From: an uncultured Candidatus Rokubacteria bacterium
Lineage (GTDB): Bacteria; Methylomirabilota; Methylomirabilia; Rokubacteriales; CSP1-6
Direction of reading: 5' to 3'
DNA: 64,000 nucleotides
NCBI GenBank assembly: GCA_963758635.1
Contig: CAVWWD010000008.1
Coordinates: forward strand, 320,001 to 384,000
Positions 23,113-33,792 of the stretch are shown here, piece after piece (position 1 is the first letter of the stretch; each line of letters opens with the position of its first letter). The notes under the pieces are model-generated. The model worked only from the letters and a program-made list of their open reading frames with translations. It was not told the DNA's origin and ran no database searches. A program made the translations under genes and the position numbers.

Positions 23113-23334
23113 CTACTGGTACGGACCGCCGGCGGATTGGTATCGTTCGACTTCGTGCCTGCCCCTTTCGGCCGCCGCGTCAGGCCTTGGCTGCCGATTG
23201 CGCGCGAAGAGATACGCGAGCCCTGCGAGCCCACAGACTACAGTCAGCAGCCCCGCCAGCACCGGTAGCCCTGCCCACCATATCGCGGCCATAGTCGCGA
23301 CGAAAAGCATGAGCCAACCGATCGGTCTCATCAT
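23113..23334 (-). CDS. 73-aa two-TM small membrane protein
   Basis: GAGGAGG RBS; two hydrophobic segments; flanked by the inverted 148-bp elements. Confidence 0.6.
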   Translation of the reverse strand: MMRPIGWLMLFVATMAAIWWAGLPVLAGLLTVVCGLAGLAYLFARNRQPRPDAAAERGRHEVERYQSAGGPYQ

Positions 23335-23610
23335 TCGGGTCTCCTCCTCACGCTACTTCGGGCTGGCGTCCAGGAGCGTCTCCCACACGAGGACCACCCA
23401 TAAGCTTGTGCTGTGCCGGCGGCTCCTGAGGCGGCCGGCGTCCGAGCCTGGGCGATTATGTCACGGGGACGCATCCTCCATCGCGCGCGCAGCGCCGCGC
23501 GTCCGAGGCAACGCCCCGGACCTCGAACGACCCCAGCCCGGAGATCAAACGGTCGCGTCCCCACCCCGACGTTGGGTTCCTGAACGAAGGCTGACAACAG
23601 CGGTTCGCGG

Positions 23611-23758
23611 GTGGGGCGGTGGGGAGGCCGCGGGGGTCGCGGGGCCCTTCCCCTCCATCGGTCAACGTACCCAGCGCGCCCGGATGGAGCCCAGTCCCAG
23701 CGGGGCAGCGGACGCGTGCGGCGTGGTTCCGCGACCCCCGCGGCCTCCCCGCCGCCCC
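23611..23758 (-). repeat. 148-bp palindromic element, copy B
   Basis: Inverted copy of 22822-22969. Confidence 0.92.
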
Positions 23759-23786
23759 CGGCCGAGCGCGGAAGGTCGAGGAGGCG

Positions 23787-24647
23787 TCAGGCCAGGACGA
23801 CGCCGGGGTCGGCCAGGTAGCTCGCGAACGAGATGCCGGTGAGCTGCTCGAAGGCTTCGATGTAGCGGGCGCGGGTGCCGGTGACGACCGGCTCGGGGAG
23901 CGCGGGGCCGGGGGCGGTCTTGTCCCAGCCGGTCTTTTCGCAGAAGTCGCGGACGAACTGCTTGTCGAACGAGGGCTGCGGCTGGCCGGGGGCGTAGCCG
24001 TCGGTGGGCCAGAAGCGCGAGGAGTCGGGGGTGAGCGCCTCGTCTCCGAGGGTCAGACGGCCGTCGGGGGCGAAGCCGAACTCGAACTTCGTGTCCGCGA
24101 TGATGATCCCGCGCTGGCGGGCGTGCGCGGCGGCGAACTCGTAGAGCGCGATCGACAGGCGCTCGACCTCCGTGGCGGTCTCGGCCCCGACGATGCGCGC
24201 CGCCTCCTCGCGCGTGATGTTCTCGTCGTGGCCGGTCTGGGCCTTGGTGGCCGGGGTGAAGATCGGGGCGGGCAGCCGGTCCGACTCCCGGAGGCCGGCG
24301 GGGAGCTGGTGGCCGCACACCTGGCCGGTGGTGCGATAGTCCTTCCATCCCGAGCCCGAGAGGTAGCCCCTCACCACGCACTCGATCGGCAGCATGCGCA
24401 GGCGCCGGCACTCGGTGGACCGCCCGTCCGGCCGGAGCGCGAGCAGGTGGTTCGGGCAGATCGCGCGCGTGCGCGCGAACCAGAAGCCGGCGAGGCCGGT
24501 GAGGACACGCCCCTTGTCCGGGATCTCCGTGGGCAGCACCACGTCGAACGTCGAGATGCGGTCGGAGGCGACCAGGAGGAGGCGCTCGTCGTCGAGGGCG
24601 TAGAGCTCCCGGACCTTGCCACTGGCCACGTGCACGGCGTCGGCCAT
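23787..24647 (-). CDS. purC: SAICAR synthase
   Basis: SGKVRELY, DRISTFD, ECVVRGYLSGSGW, DTKFEFG, DEALTPDSSRFW, DKQFVRD. Confidence 0.95.
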   Translation of the reverse strand: MADAVHVASGKVRELYALDDERLLLVASDRISTFDVVLPTEIPDKGRVLTGLAGFWFARTRAICPNHLLALRPDGRSTECRRLRMLPIECVVRGYLSGSGWKDYRTTGQVCGHQLPAGLRESDRLPAPIFTPATKAQTGHDENITREEAARIVGAETATEVERLSIALYEFAAAHARQRGIIIADTKFEFGFAPDGRLTLGDEALTPDSSRFWPTDGYAPGQPQPSFDKQFVRDFCEKTGWDKTAPGPALPEPVVTGTRARYIEAFEQLTGISFASYLADPGVVLA

Positions 24648-24658
24648 GAGCGACCTCC

Positions 24659-25352
24659 TCACTTCATCGGGGAGAACGCGGTGGGGCGCAGGATCGCGGC
24701 GGCGACGTACTCCACGATCGGGCCGTTCTTTTCGCTCTCGGCGAAGACGCGGGCGCGCTCGGGATCCTTGGCGAACCCGTCGAACTTCGCCACGCGCTCG
24801 TCGAGGCTCTCCCAGGCGAGCATGTAGACCAGCTCGTGGTCGTTGCCGCCCATCCGGTTCACCCAGTAGCCGACCTGGCGGAAGCCGTGCTTCTTGAACG
24901 CCTGGCAGGTAAAGCCGCCGAAGCGGTCGACGATGTTGGTGATCTTGCCGGGGGTGGCCTGGTACTCGCGCAGCTCGAAGAGGTACGGGCTCCGCGTCGC
25001 GGCGTCGGGCCCGTAGGCCTCGCCGGCGTCGAGCTGCGAGTACGCCGTCGGCTCCATGAGCTGGTTCGAGACGCGGGCCACCAGCGGGCCGTCCTTCTCC
25101 GTCTCCGCCCACTTCTTGGCCCGCGTCGGGATCGGCCCGCCACGCGGCGTTCTTCTTCGTGCGCTCCTCGTAGCTCTCCCAGGCCCAGATGTAGACGAGC
25201 TGGTTGCTCTTCGGCGCGAGCATGGGCGTCCAGAAGCCGATCAGGCGGAAGCCGTACTCCTTCCACTTGTGCACGGTGAAGCTGCCGAAGCGGTCGAGCA
25301 GCGCGGGAAGCTTGCCGGGGACGACGTCGTAGCGGCGCAGTTCGTAGAGCAT
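24659..25352 (-). CDS. NIPSNAP family protein with two domains; indel near 25125
   Basis: MLYELRRY..PGK and YLFELREY..TPGK; LVYIWAWES and LVYMLAWES; LRPTAFSPMK. Confidence 0.85.
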
Positions 25353-25458
25353 GCGGCACCTCGCTGGGGGTGGATGGCCCGGGCCACGCGTCTCACGCCC
25401 GGTGCGGTCGCGATGGTATCACCGCCGCGGCCCCGGCGGCAGCGGCCGATCGGGGACC

Positions 25459-26377
25459 CTACGGCCGCTGCGCGCCGTTGACGTGCGTGTAGACGGCGTA
25501 GAGGCTCGTGGTCCCGGTGATGAACAGCCGGTTGCGCTTGGGCCCGCCGAAGCACACGTTGGAGACGATCTCCGGCACGAGGATCTTGCCGAGGAGCTCG
25601 CCGGAGGGCGCCAGGCAGTGGATGCCGTCGTTGGCGCTCGACCAGATCCGGCCCGCGGTATCCGCACGGAAGCCGTCGTAGCGGCCGGCGTCGCACGTGG
25701 CGAACACGCGGCCACCGGTCAGGCGGTTGTCCGCGGTGACGCCGAACGCGCGCATGTGGCCGAGGCCGGCCCCGGTGTCGGCGATGTAGAGCGTCTTCTC
25801 GTCGGGCGAGAAGACCAGCCCGTTCGGCCGGTCGAAGTCGTCGGCGACCACGCGGAGGTCCCCTGTCCGCGGGTCGAGACAGAACACGAAGGCGCCGCCG
25901 TACTCCTGCTCGCCCTTCCACCCCTCGAGGTCGGAGAGGATCCCGTAGGGCGGATCGGTGAACCACACCGTGCCGTCCGACTTCACGACCACGTCGTTGG
26001 GCGAGTTGAGCCGCTTGGCCTGGTAGCGCTCGGCGAGCACGGTGATCCGCCCGTCCAGCTCGGTGCGCGTGACGCGGCGGGCCCCGTGCTCGCACGACAC
26101 GAGCCGGCCTTCCACGTCCCGCGTGTGCCCGTTGGCGTTGTGGGCCGGCTGGCGGAACACGCCGGTCGATCCCTGGAGCCCGCTCGCGTCGGGCACGAAG
26201 CGCATGATCCGGTCGTTCGGGATGTCCGAGAAGAGCAGGTAGTTGCCGTCGGCGAAGTACACCGGGCCCTCCGTCCACGCCGCCCCCGTCCAGAGCTGGA
26301 CGAGGCGCATGTTGCGGGACGACGAGCCCCCGGAAGGCGGGATCGATGATGACGTACTCGCCGAGTGTCTCGCTCAT
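25459..26377 (-). CDS. SMP-30/gluconolactonase family protein; indel near 26315
   Basis: WTEGPVY, FSDIPN, LNSPNDVVV, FTDPPYG, PNGLVFSPD. Confidence 0.9.
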
Positions 26378-26437
26378 GTGGAAGGTCTCCTCGACAGGAT
26401 GGGCGCGGCGGGTGGCCCGGGAGCGGCGTGGCGGGCG

Positions 26438-27205
26438 CTACCGCGGCTGCATGCGGATGGCGCCGTCGAGCCGGATCGTCTCGCCGTTCAGCATCGCGTT
26501 CTCCACGATGTGGGCGGCGAGCGCGGCGTACTCCGCCGGCCGGCCGAGGCGGGAGGGGAACGGCACCTGCTTGCCGAGCGACTGCCGCACCGGCTCGGGC
26601 AGTGTGCCGAGCAGCGGCGTGTCGAAGATGCCCGGGGCGATCGTGCACACGCGCACGCCGATCTCCGCGAGGTCCCGCGCGATCGGCAGCGTCATGCCCA
26701 CGATGCCGCCCTTCGAGGCGGCGTAGGCGGCCTGGCCGATCTGCCCGTCGAACGCGGCCACCGAGGCGGTGTTGACGACCACGCCGCGCTCGCCCTCCTC
26801 GTTGGGCTGGTTCTTCGCCATGTGCGCGGCGGCGAGCCGGATCGCGTTGAAGTGGCCGATGAGGTTGACGCCGATCACGCGCGTGAAGGCGGCGAGGTCG
26901 CCGGGGCCGCGCTTGCCGAAGGTCTTCTCCGCGGTGCCGATGCCCGCGCAGTTCACGAGCACGTGGACCGCGCCGAAGCGCGCCGCCGCGGCGTCGAGCG
27001 CGCCCGCGACGTCGTCGGCGCTGGTGACGTCGGCGGGGGTGAAGACGGCACGATCGCCCAGCTCCTTGGCCACGTCGGCGCCGGGAGAGCGCGGCAGGTC
27101 GAGGAGGGCCACGCGCCCGCCGCCCGCCACGAGCCGCTCGGCGGTGGCGCGGCCGAGTCCGGAGGCGCCGCCCGTGATCACCGCGACCGAGCCCGAGATC
27201 TTCAT
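26438..27205 (-). CDS. 3-hydroxyacyl-CoA dehydrogenase type 2-like SDR
   Basis: [41 protein letters not shown]. Confidence 0.92.
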   Translation of the reverse strand: MKISGSVAVITGGASGLGRATAERLVAGGGRVALLDLPRSPGADVAKELGDRAVFTPADVTSADDVAGALDAAAARFGAVHVLVNCAGIGTAEKTFGKRGPGDLAAFTRVIGVNLIGHFNAIRLAAAHMAKNQPNEEGERGVVVNTASVAAFDGQIGQAAYAASKGGIVGMTLPIARDLAEIGVRVCTIAPGIFDTPLLGTLPEPVRQSLGKQVPFPSRLGRPAEYAALAAHIVENAMLNGETIRLDGAIRMQPR

Positions 27206-27256
27206 GCGCGCGCCTCCTGAGCGACGGATGTTGGAGCGCGTAGTATAACAGGACCC

Positions 27257-28435
27257 ATGTCCGACCACGGGGCGACCGGCGCGCGCGCGGTGCCGAGCCG
27301 GCGAGCGGACCTCTGGGTCCGCACCCCGGAGGAGCTCGCGGCCCTCGCCGACGCCCTGCGCGGCGCCGCGCTCGTGGCGGTGGACACCGAGGCAGACAGC
27401 CTGCATCACTACCCGGGCAAGCTCTGCCTCGTGCAGATCGCCTTCGACGGCGGCCACGCGCATCTCGTGGATCCGCTCGCCGTGCCGGACCTGAGCCCGC
27501 TCGCGCCGATGTTCGCCGATCCCGCCACGGTGAAGCTCTTCCACGCCGCCGACAACGACCTCGCGTACTTCAAGCGCCTCTACGGCTTCACGGTGGCCTC
27601 GGTCTGGGACACCGCGGTGGCCGCGCGCTGTCTCGGCGCCACCGCGCTCGGCCTGGACGAGCTCGTGCGCACGTACCTCGGGGTGGAGCCGGGGAGGTCC
27701 CGGCAGAAGGACGACTGGTCGCGCCGGCCCCTCACCGCGGAGCAGGAGACGTACGCGCTCGACGACGTGCTCCACCTGCCGCCGCTCCGGGACCGGCTCC
27801 TCGAGGCGCTGCGCGCCCAGGAGCGCGAGCCATGGCACGACGAGGAGTGCGCCGCGCTCGCCGCGCTCTCCGTCGCCGACCGCGCGCCGGATCCCGACGC
27901 GTACCTGAAGCTCAAGGGCACAAAGGACCTGGACGGCCGCGGCCTCGCGGTGCTGCGCGAGATCTTCCGACTGCGCGAGCGGCTGGCCCTCGAGCAGGAC
28001 CGCCCGCCGTTCATGGTGCTGGGGCACGAGGCGCTCGTCCTGATGGCCGCGCGCCGGCCGCGCACGGAGGAGGATTTGATCGCCATCCCCGGCGTCACCG
28101 GCAAGGTGGTGCGGCGGATCGGCGCCGAGACGCTCGAGGCCATCCGTCGCGCCGAGGCGCTCCCCGAGTCGGAGCTGCCCGTCCGCCAGCGGCAGCCGCG
28201 TCCATCCATGCCCGCGGCGGTGCGCCGTCGCGCCGAGGCGCTTCGCGCGTGGCGCACCGAGGCCGCCCAGCGCCTGGGCCTGGACCCCGGCTTCCTGCTC
28301 CCGCAGCGTCTGATCGATCGGCTCGCCGCGGACGTTCCGCCGAGCGTGGAGGCGCTGGCCACGGTGGACGGGATGCGCCGCTGGCGCGCGGCCCTCTGCG
28401 GCGTCGAGGTGCTGCGCGCGCTCGCGCTGTCCTGA
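27257..28435 (+). CDS. rnd: Ribonuclease D (3'-5' exonuclease plus HRDC)
   Basis: [26 protein letters not shown]...YALDD, HRDC-like segments. Confidence 0.88.
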   Translation: MSDHGATGARAVPSRRADLWVRTPEELAALADALRGAALVAVDTEADSLHHYPGKLCLVQIAFDGGHAHLVDPLAVPDLSPLAPMFADPATVKLFHAADNDLAYFKRLYGFTVASVWDTAVAARCLGATALGLDELVRTYLGVEPGRSRQKDDWSRRPLTAEQETYALDDVLHLPPLRDRLLEALRAQEREPWHDEECAALAALSVADRAPDPDAYLKLKGTKDLDGRGLAVLREIFRLRERLALEQDRPPFMVLGHEALVLMAARRPRTEEDLIAIPGVTGKVVRRIGAETLEAIRRAEALPESELPVRQRQPRPSMPAAVRRRAEALRAWRTEAAQRLGLDPGFLLPQRLIDRLAADVPPSVEALATVDGMRRWRAALCGVEVLRALALS

Positions 28436-28439
28436 CGTC

Positions 28440-28470
28440 CACGACGCCGCTGCCCGCGCGCGGCGTCGTG
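28440..28470 (+). terminator. 11-bp stem hairpin after rnd
   Basis: cacgacgccgc / gcggcgtcgtg. Confidence 0.45.
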
Positions 28471-28576
28471 AAGCCGGGCACAAGGACCCGCCGCGCCTGG
28501 TTGCCGAGCGGTCCGGATGGTGGTACGAGTCGAGTCACGGCGCGCAGACCGGTTCGGTCGGACAGGAGGGCGGGTC

Positions 28577-29536
28577 ATGGCCTCCAATCCCCGTTACGTG
28601 CGCGAGGGTGTCATCGCCGGCCTCATCGGGGCCGTCGTGGTCGCGGTGTGGTTCCTGATCTACGATGCGGCGCGCGGGCGCCCGCTCCGGACGCCGTCGC
28701 TCCTCGGCGCCGCCACCTTTCAGGGTCTGAGCGATCCCACCGCGGTGCCGGTGAGCGCGAGCCTCGTCGCGCAGTACACCGTCCTCCACGGCGTCGTCTT
28801 CGCGCTGGTCGGCATCCTCATCGCGTTCCTCATCGTGTCCGCGCAGCAGCAGCCGGGGCGGCTCCTGACTCTCGTGATCGTGCTTCTTTCGTTCGAGGTG
28901 TTCTTCCTCGCCGTGGTGGTGGGGCTTGCGCACCCGGTGCTCTCCGAGCTCGCGTGGTGGACGATCCTGGTCGGGAACGCGCTGGCCGCCTTCGGGATGC
29001 TCGCCTACTTCTTCATCGGCCATCGCGCGCTCGGCCGGGCCCTGCTCGGGCCGTGGACGCGCGTGGCGCGCGAGGGGCTCGTGGCCGGCCTCATCGGCGC
29101 GGCGGTGGTCGCGGTGTGGTTCCTCGTCTACGATCTGCTCGCGGGGGCGCCGCTCCGCACGCCCGCGCTGCTCGGCGCCGCGGTGCTCGAAGGGCTCCGC
29201 GATCCCGCCGGGCTCGTCATCACGCTGCCGCTGGTGCTCAAGTACACGGTGATCCACGGCGCGGCCTTCGTGATGTTCGGGTGGGCCGCGGCCGGCCTCC
29301 TCGCCCTGGCCGACCGCGAGCCGCGGCTGATCTTCGTGTTCGTCATGCTGCTCTGCTGCTTCGAGGTGTTCTTCTTCGCGCTGGTCGCCACGCTCGCCCA
29401 CTGGCTCCTCGAGACGCTGCAGTGGTGGACGATCCTGCTCGCCAACCTCCTCGCCGCGACCGGCATGCTCACCTACTTCTTCCGCCACCACCGCCTGGCC
29501 TGGCGCGAGTTCGTCTCGCTCCGCCACGAGATGTGA
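28577..29536 (+). CDS. Hypothetical polytopic membrane protein with an internal duplication
   Basis: REGVIAGLIGAVVVAVWFLIYD...PLRTPSLLG recurs as REGLVAGLIGAAVVAVWFLVYD...PLRTPALLG. Confidence 0.8.
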   Translation: MASNPRYVREGVIAGLIGAVVVAVWFLIYDAARGRPLRTPSLLGAATFQGLSDPTAVPVSASLVAQYTVLHGVVFALVGILIAFLIVSAQQQPGRLLTLVIVLLSFEVFFLAVVVGLAHPVLSELAWWTILVGNALAAFGMLAYFFIGHRALGRALLGPWTRVAREGLVAGLIGAAVVAVWFLVYDLLAGAPLRTPALLGAAVLEGLRDPAGLVITLPLVLKYTVIHGAAFVMFGWAAAGLLALADREPRLIFVFVMLLCCFEVFFFALVATLAHWLLETLQWWTILLANLLAATGMLTYFFRHHRLAWREFVSLRHEM

Positions 29537-29538
29537 GG

Positions 29539-30843
29539 CTAGCGCTTCACGAGTGGGGGGAGGCGGTGGAGGGCGATGGCCACGGCGATGGACATCACCG
29601 AGAGGGTGAGCCAGGGGCCGCGGTAGGAGTGAAGGGCCTCGAGGGCGATGCCGAAGAGCGGCGGGCCGACGAGGACGCCGCTCCAGGCGCAACTCACCGC
29701 GACACCGGTCAGGAGGCCGGCGTGGCGGGTCCCCCCCACCTCGGCAGCCAGCGCCAGGTAGAGGCCGGTCCAGCCGAACGCGCCCACGCCCGCGAGTAGC
29801 GCGATCACGACCATGGCCGGGCCAGGCAGGGCCACGCCGGTGGCGAAGACCAGGTACGCGCCCGCCCCCAGCAGCGAGTTGATGATGACCCCCGGCCGCC
29901 GCCGTCCGCCGAACAGGCGATCGCTTACCGCGCCCCAGCCGAGCCGCGCCGCGGTGCCGCCGGCCTGCGCGGTCGCGAGGAGACTGCCCGCGGCCACGAC
30001 GGAGAGGCCCAGGTGCTCGCGCGCGAACAGCACCAGGTACGAGAGCACGGCGGACTGGGCGATCGACAGCGCGAGCCCGCACGCGAGCAGCACCAGGAAC
30101 GCGGGTCGCGTCACGTAGGGGACGATCTCCACGAAGCGCGGGCCGGCCTCCGCCGGCGCGGCGCGGCGCGCGTCGGAGCGGCGGAGCCCGGCGAGCACCG
30201 CCGCGGCCGAGACGAGCGACGCGGTGGCGGCGACGGTGAGCGCGGCGCGCCAGCCGTGGGCGAGGGCGAGCGCCGGCATCGTCATCGAGGCGACGATGCC
30301 TCCGAGCGTCAGGCCGGTCTGCTTGATGCCCATCGCGAAGCCGCGCTCGCGGGCCGGGAAGTGGTCGAGGATCGCCCGGCCGGTGGTCGGGTTGATCACG
30401 GCCCAGCCGAGCCCGGCCAGCGTGCAGAGCGGCAGCATCGCGCCGAGCCCCGCGCTCCACGCGGCGAGGCCCAGCATCAGCGCGGTCAGGCACTGGCCGA
30501 GGCACAAGGTGAGGCGCGCGCCCAGCCGATCCGTGATCCAACCGGCGGGCAGCGACATGAGGACGCCCCCGAGGTAGATCGCGGGCAGGAAGTACCCCAC
30601 CTGCGCGCGCGTGAGCCCGAGGTCGTCCAGCAGCAGGGGAGACAGCGGCGCGATGGCGAGGACGGACACCGCGCCCAGCGTGTGGGCGCCGGTGACCAGC
30701 GCCAGGACGGCCCAGCGGGCGCGCGGCGAACGGGGCTCCGAGCTCGCCCGCGGGATCTCGTCAGGCGTGGATGCCACCGAGTCCCGCACGAAGCACGTCG
30801 CACCCTCCCCGGCGGCGCGAGGTCGCCGTATTTCTCGGGCCAT
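29539..30843 (-). CDS. MFS transporter
   Basis: About 12 TM segments; GWITDRLGAR and GAVSDRLFGGRRR; FPARERG. Confidence 0.88.
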   Translation of the reverse strand: MAREIRRPRAAGEGATCFVRDSVASTPDEIPRASSEPRSPRARWAVLALVTGAHTLGAVSVLAIAPLSPLLLDDLGLTRAQVGYFLPAIYLGGVLMSLPAGWITDRLGARLTLCLGQCLTALMLGLAAWSAGLGAMLPLCTLAGLGWAVINPTTGRAILDHFPARERGFAMGIKQTGLTLGGIVASMTMPALALAHGWRAALTVAATASLVSAAAVLAGLRRSDARRAAPAEAGPRFVEIVPYVTRPAFLVLLACGLALSIAQSAVLSYLVLFAREHLGLSVVAAGSLLATAQAGGTAARLGWGAVSDRLFGGRRRPGVIINSLLGAGAYLVFATGVALPGPAMVVIALLAGVGAFGWTGLYLALAAEVGGTRHAGLLTGVAVSCAWSGVLVGPPLFGIALEALHSYRGPWLTLSVMSIAVAIALHRLPPLVKR

Positions 30844-30925
30844 TAGACCACTTCCCGCTTGATTCAACGTGCACGATTGATTAGTCTGCGCGCGCGAGCC
30901 TCTCTCCTATCGGAAGGTCGGGATC

Positions 30926-31390
30926 ATGAGCGAGTGGCAGCCGCTACCAGCCGGAACGGTCCTGCGGGAACGCTACGAGGTCGAGGCCTTGCTCGGCAAG
31001 GGCGGCTTCGGCGCCGCGTACCGGGCCCGGGACCGCGAGCGATTCGACCAGCCCTGCGCGCTCAAGGAGCTGCTGCCGGCCAAGGCCGAGAACCCAAAGG
31101 TCCTCGAGCTGTTCGAGCGCGAGGCGCGCGTCCTGCTCGCCATCCGCCATCCCGGTATCCCGTCGCTCCACGCCTACTTCGCCGACGCCGGCCGCTATTA
31201 CCTGATGCAGGACTACGTGCCCGGATCGACGCTCGCCCAGATCGTCGAGCAGCGTGGCGCGCTCCTCGAGGCCGAGGTGGTCCAGGTCGTGCGCGACGCC
31301 CTCACGATCCTCCAGTACCTGCACGGGCGCACGCCCGCGGTGATCCTGGGCGGCGGAGACCCGGTGCGCGCGGTGCCACGATCTGGGTGA
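30926..31390 (+). pseudogene. Ser/Thr protein kinase truncated before the catalytic loop
   Basis: LGKGGFGAAY, ALKE, FEREARVL, HPGIP, LQYLHGRTPAVI, then unrelated sequence and a stop; no HRD or DFG. Confidence 0.8.
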
Positions 31391-31405
31391 GGTGAGGAGG
31401 AGCCG

Positions 31406-32911
31406 ATGACCGTCGTGCTGCAGGTGATCCAGGGCGATCAGCCGGCGCCCGCGCGCGACTTCGAGACCGAGATCGTCCGCATCGGCCGGGACCCGTCCAA
31501 CGACCTGGTGCTGGGCGAGACGGGATCGGGCGGCGTGTCGCGCCACCACGCCGAGCTCCGCTACGCCGGGGGCGAGTGGCGGGTTGTCGACCTGAACAGC
31601 TCCAACGGCACGTTCGTGCGCGGCCGCCGCGTGACCGAGGCGCCGCTGAGCGACGGGGACGAGGTTCAGTTCGCGCCGCAGGGACCGCGGGTGAAGGTGT
31701 CGCTGCCCACGTCGCTGGGGGCGGGGACGACCGGCGCGGAGAGCGGGAGTCATCCGGCCGCCGCGGCGACGCCGTCGGGCGCGGCCTCGATGTCGGGCGC
31801 GACGCCGGCGCGGTCCGAGGCGCCGCGGTCGGAGCCCTTCTGGTTCGATCCACCGGCCCCCGCCACCACGGGAATGCCGACGGACAGCGAGCTCCTGCCG
31901 CTCCGCATGGGCCTGGACCCCATCTCCTCGCGCGGCTACCTCGTGCCCGGTCTCATCACCGTCGGCACCATCTCGGCCCTCCTGTGGGCGTTCCAGTCCG
32001 GCGAGGTCAAGTACTCGCTGATGATCACGATGTTCTTCTTCGTGTTCGCCTCGGCCACCGTCCTCTATCTGCTGTGCGGAAAGTCCAAGCCGCTGGGCCC
32101 CCTGCTCGCCGCCGCCATCTTCGTGGGCGTGCTCGTGAGCGCGGCCCACGAGGTCGTGATGGCGCCGATCAACGCCGTCATGCTCCCGTACATCGCCAAG
32201 CAGGTACCGGGCAAGCAGCCCAACACCGTCCGTCTCGTCGAGCCCGACACCGTGCCGGGGCTCTTCCTCTACCACTTCTTCATGGCCGCGCTGCCCGAGG
32301 AGATCGAGAAGATCACGCCCGCGCTCATCGGACTCTACTTCGGGCTCAAGATCCGCTCGCGCGGGCGCGGCCAGCCCCTCGAGGAGCGGTTCGCGGTGCG
32401 CGAGCCCCTCGACGGCATCATGCTCGGCATCGCGGGGGCGGCGGGCTTCCACTTCGTCGAGGCCGTCATGTACGCGCAGGCGCCGCTGGCAAAGTTCGCC
32501 TACCTGCAGGAGAATGCCGGCCAGCTCCTGGTGCAGCTTGCCCAGAAGCACGGCGACGCGGCGCCCGCGCTCCTCATGCAGCAGGGGCTCAACGCGGGGA
32601 TCGGGGCGGCGTTCCAGGTGATCTTCCGCGGGCTCTCGAGCTCGGTGTCGCATCTGGGCTACAGCGGCATCTTCGGCTACTACGTGGGCCTCGCCGCCCT
32701 CCGGCCCCAGCACAAGTGGCGGCTCCTCGCGCGCGGGCTCCTCACCGCGTGCGTGGTCCACGCCACGTGGAACGCCACCAACCAGGTGGGCGGCGGCATC
32801 ATCGTGCCCCCGCTCGCCTTCGCGCTGCTCATCACCTCGATCATCAAGGCGCGGTCGATGTCGCCGGGCCGGACGACCAACTTCGCCACCATGCTCGGGC
32901 GGGTTTCATGA
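31406..32911 (+). CDS. FHA domain - PrsW-family intramembrane protease fusion
   Basis: FHA motifs IGRDPSND, VSRHHA, DLNSSNGT; PrsW motifs PEEIEK, GFHFVEA, SH, HATWN. Confidence 0.85.
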   Translation: MTVVLQVIQGDQPAPARDFETEIVRIGRDPSNDLVLGETGSGGVSRHHAELRYAGGEWRVVDLNSSNGTFVRGRRVTEAPLSDGDEVQFAPQGPRVKVSLPTSLGAGTTGAESGSHPAAAATPSGAASMSGATPARSEAPRSEPFWFDPPAPATTGMPTDSELLPLRMGLDPISSRGYLVPGLITVGTISALLWAFQSGEVKYSLMITMFFFVFASATVLYLLCGKSKPLGPLLAAAIFVGVLVSAAHEVVMAPINAVMLPYIAKQVPGKQPNTVRLVEPDTVPGLFLYHFFMAALPEEIEKITPALIGLYFGLKIRSRGRGQPLEERFAVREPLDGIMLGIAGAAGFHFVEAVMYAQAPLAKFAYLQENAGQLLVQLAQKHGDAAPALLMQQGLNAGIGAAFQVIFRGLSSSVSHLGYSGIFGYYVGLAALRPQHKWRLLARGLLTACVVHATWNATNQVGGGIIVPPLAFALLITSIIKARSMSPGRTTNFATMLGRVS

Positions 32912-33792
32912 GCCCGCCGGTCGGCCTCTCCTGGGCGGCGTGCAGCGAGGTGGGCCGCCGCCGGGATCAGAACGAGGACGCCTGGGCCGGCGAGGTGGGC
33001 GGCGACACCGCGGCGCCGCGCGGGCTCTTCATCGTGTGCGACGGCATGGGCGGCCATGCCCGCGGCGAGGAGGCGAGCGCGCTCGCCGTGCGGGTCCTGC
33101 GCCAGGAGCTCGCGTGGATCCTCGACGAGCCGTGGCCGGACGACTCGACGCTCCTCAAGCGCCTGCGCGACGCCGTGCTGGCCGCCAACGCGACCTTGTT
33201 CGAGTGGAACGAGGAGGCGGCGCGCGCGGCGCGCGAGCGCGCCGGGACCACCCTGGTCGTCGTCGCGCTGTCGGGCGTGCGGGCGTGCCTGGCCCACGTC
33301 GGCGACAGCCGCATCTACCGTCTCACCGCGGCCGGGGTTGACCGCCTCACCACCGATCACAACGTCGCGAACCGCGAGATCGAGCGGGGCGAGCGGACCG
33401 AGGCGGCCTGGCAGCGCGCCGATGCCCGCCACCTCACCCAGGCCCTCGGCCCGCGCCCCACGGAGTTCCTCCGGCCCAACGTCCGCGTGCTCACCGTCGA
33501 GCAGGACGCCCTGTTCCTGCTCTGCACCGACGGCCTCAGCGACCAGGACTTCCTCGAGCGCGACGGCGTCTCGATCCTGGCCCCGCTCATCGTGGCGACG
33601 GCCGACCTGTCCGCGGGCTGCCGCGCGCTCGTCGACGCGGCCAACGACGCCAACGGCCACGACAACCTGACCGGTCTGCTCGTCCGGGTGACGGGTGCCG
33701 CCGCGGCGGCCCGCCCGCGCGTGCCCACCACGGAGCGCGTGGTGCTGCCACCGGATCCCGTACCCGACCCCGAGCGCTCGTCGGCGGCGTGA
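32908..33792 (+). CDS. PP2C-family Ser/Thr phosphatase
   Basis: RDQNED, VCDGMGGH, GTT, HVGDSRIY, LCTDGL, GHDNLT. Confidence 0.92.
   Translation: MSPPVGLSWAACSEVGRRRDQNEDAWAGEVGGDTAAPRGLFIVCDGMGGHARGEEASALAVRVLRQELAWILDEPWPDDSTLLKRLRDAVLAANATLFEWNEEAARAARERAGTTLVVVALSGVRACLAHVGDSRIYRLTAAGVDRLTTDHNVANREIERGERTEAAWQRADARHLTQALGPRPTEFLRPNVRVLTVEQDALFLLCTDGLSDQDFLERDGVSILAPLIVATADLSAGCRALVDAANDANGHDNLTGLLVRVTGAAAAARPRVPTTERVVLPPDPVPDPERSSAA

Noticed and set aside
23787..25352. NIPSNAP-PurC fusion in the ORF track
   Set aside because: Artefact of an indel near 25125; purC has its own RBS and ATG at 24647
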